64,000 nt of DNA from Acidobacteriota bacterium (lineage in GTDB: Bacteria > Acidobacteriota > JAAYUB01), in the NCBI GenBank assembly GCA_016935015.1, contig JAFGRT010000004.1, forward strand, positions 1,985 through 65,984, in the 5' to 3' direction. This document shows positions 63,526-64,000 of the stretch, one piece after another; positions within the stretch are counted from its first letter, which is position 1; the number at the start of each line of letters is the position of its first letter. The notes below the pieces were generated by a model. It did no database searches, was not told the origin of the DNA, and saw nothing but the letters and a program-made list of their open reading frames with translations. Position numbers and translations under genes: made by a program.

Positions 63526-64000
63526 CCGAAACCTTGAAATGCCTCGTCGTCGACGATGAACCTGTGGCTCTGGACATCCTGCAGGACTATATCGACAAGG
63601 TGCCTTTCCTGCAGCTGGCCGGCGCCTGCCGCAGCGCTCTCCAGGCCATGGAACTGCTGCGGGAGCGGCCGGTGGAGCTGTTTTTCCTCGACATCAACAT
63701 GCCCGATCTCACCGGTCTGCAGTTCCTGAATATCCTGGAGAATCCGCCCCTGGTGATCTTCACCACAGCCTATTCGGAATATGCCCTGGACAGCTATGAC
63801 TATGACGCGGTGGATTATTTGCTGAAACCCATCGAATTCGATCGCTTCTTCAAGGCGGCCCATCGGGCTCTGACGCGGCGGCGCAGCACCGATTCGACCG
63901 CCTCGCCCGGCCGGGACGATTATCTGCTCCTTAAGAGCGGGACAAAGCTGCATCGCATCCGCTGGTGTGACATCCTTTACGTGAAGGGCGCCGGAAACTA
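63522..64000 (+). CDS. LytTR-family response regulator (3' end beyond window)
   Basis: ATGA overlap with lytS. Receiver domain (LVVDDEP...FLDINMPD). The frame is open to the window end. Confidence 0.8.
   Translation, partial: MTETLKCLVVDDEPVALDILQDYIDKVPFLQLAGACRSALQAMELLRERPVELFFLDINMPDLTGLQFLNILENPPLVIFTTAYSEYALDSYDYDAVDYLLKPIEFDRFFKAAHRALTRRRSTDSTASPGRDDYLLLKSGTKLHRIRWCDILYVKGAGN

Overview
This is a high-GC (about 60-65%) bacterial chromosomal segment, core genome rather than an island. I see no rRNA, tRNA, CRISPR array or mobile element. The centre (11.9-30.9 kb, minus strand) is a complete ribosomal-protein super-operon. In order it holds the str genes (rpsL-rpsG-fusA), the S10 genes (rpsJ-rplC-rplD-rplW-rplB-rpsS-rplV-rpsC-rplP-rpmC-rpsQ), the spc genes (rplN-rplX-rplE-rpsN(Z)-rpsH-rplF-rplR-rpsE-rpmD-rplO-secY-adk-[unknown ORF where map normally sits]-infA-rpmJ) and the alpha genes (rpsM-rpsK-rpsD-rpoA-rplQ). 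Near-consensus sigma70 promoters and intrinsic terminators are readable from the sequence. The flanks carry anaerobe-type metabolism. These include a Na+-pumping methylmalonyl-CoA-decarboxylase-like operon (mmdA-D-C-B) followed by a formiminotransferase, NADP-malic enzyme/PTA fusion, and a 2-oxoacid:ferredoxin oxidoreductase (korD-korA-korB/G fusion). There is also a COG2403 (cyclic-2,3-diphosphoglycerate-synthetase-like) plus DUF1015 pair, nadA, an SDR-type threonine dehydrogenase with kbl, murA, an orphan hypD, and an Hsp20. A LytS/LytTR two-component system runs off the right edge. The most unusual locus is at 2.5-6.3 kb, minus strand. It encodes a cytochrome bd-family subunit-I homologue that keeps the CydA His/Glu landmarks, lacks a Q-loop, and is fused to a C-terminal tri-haem c-type cytochrome domain. 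It is co-transcribed with a second membrane subunit and a TM-anchored TPR protein, and sits beside an ApbE flavin transferase and an outer-membrane beta-barrel gene interrupted by an in-frame TGA. All calls rest on reading the translated ORFs and the DNA by eye. No database search was possible.
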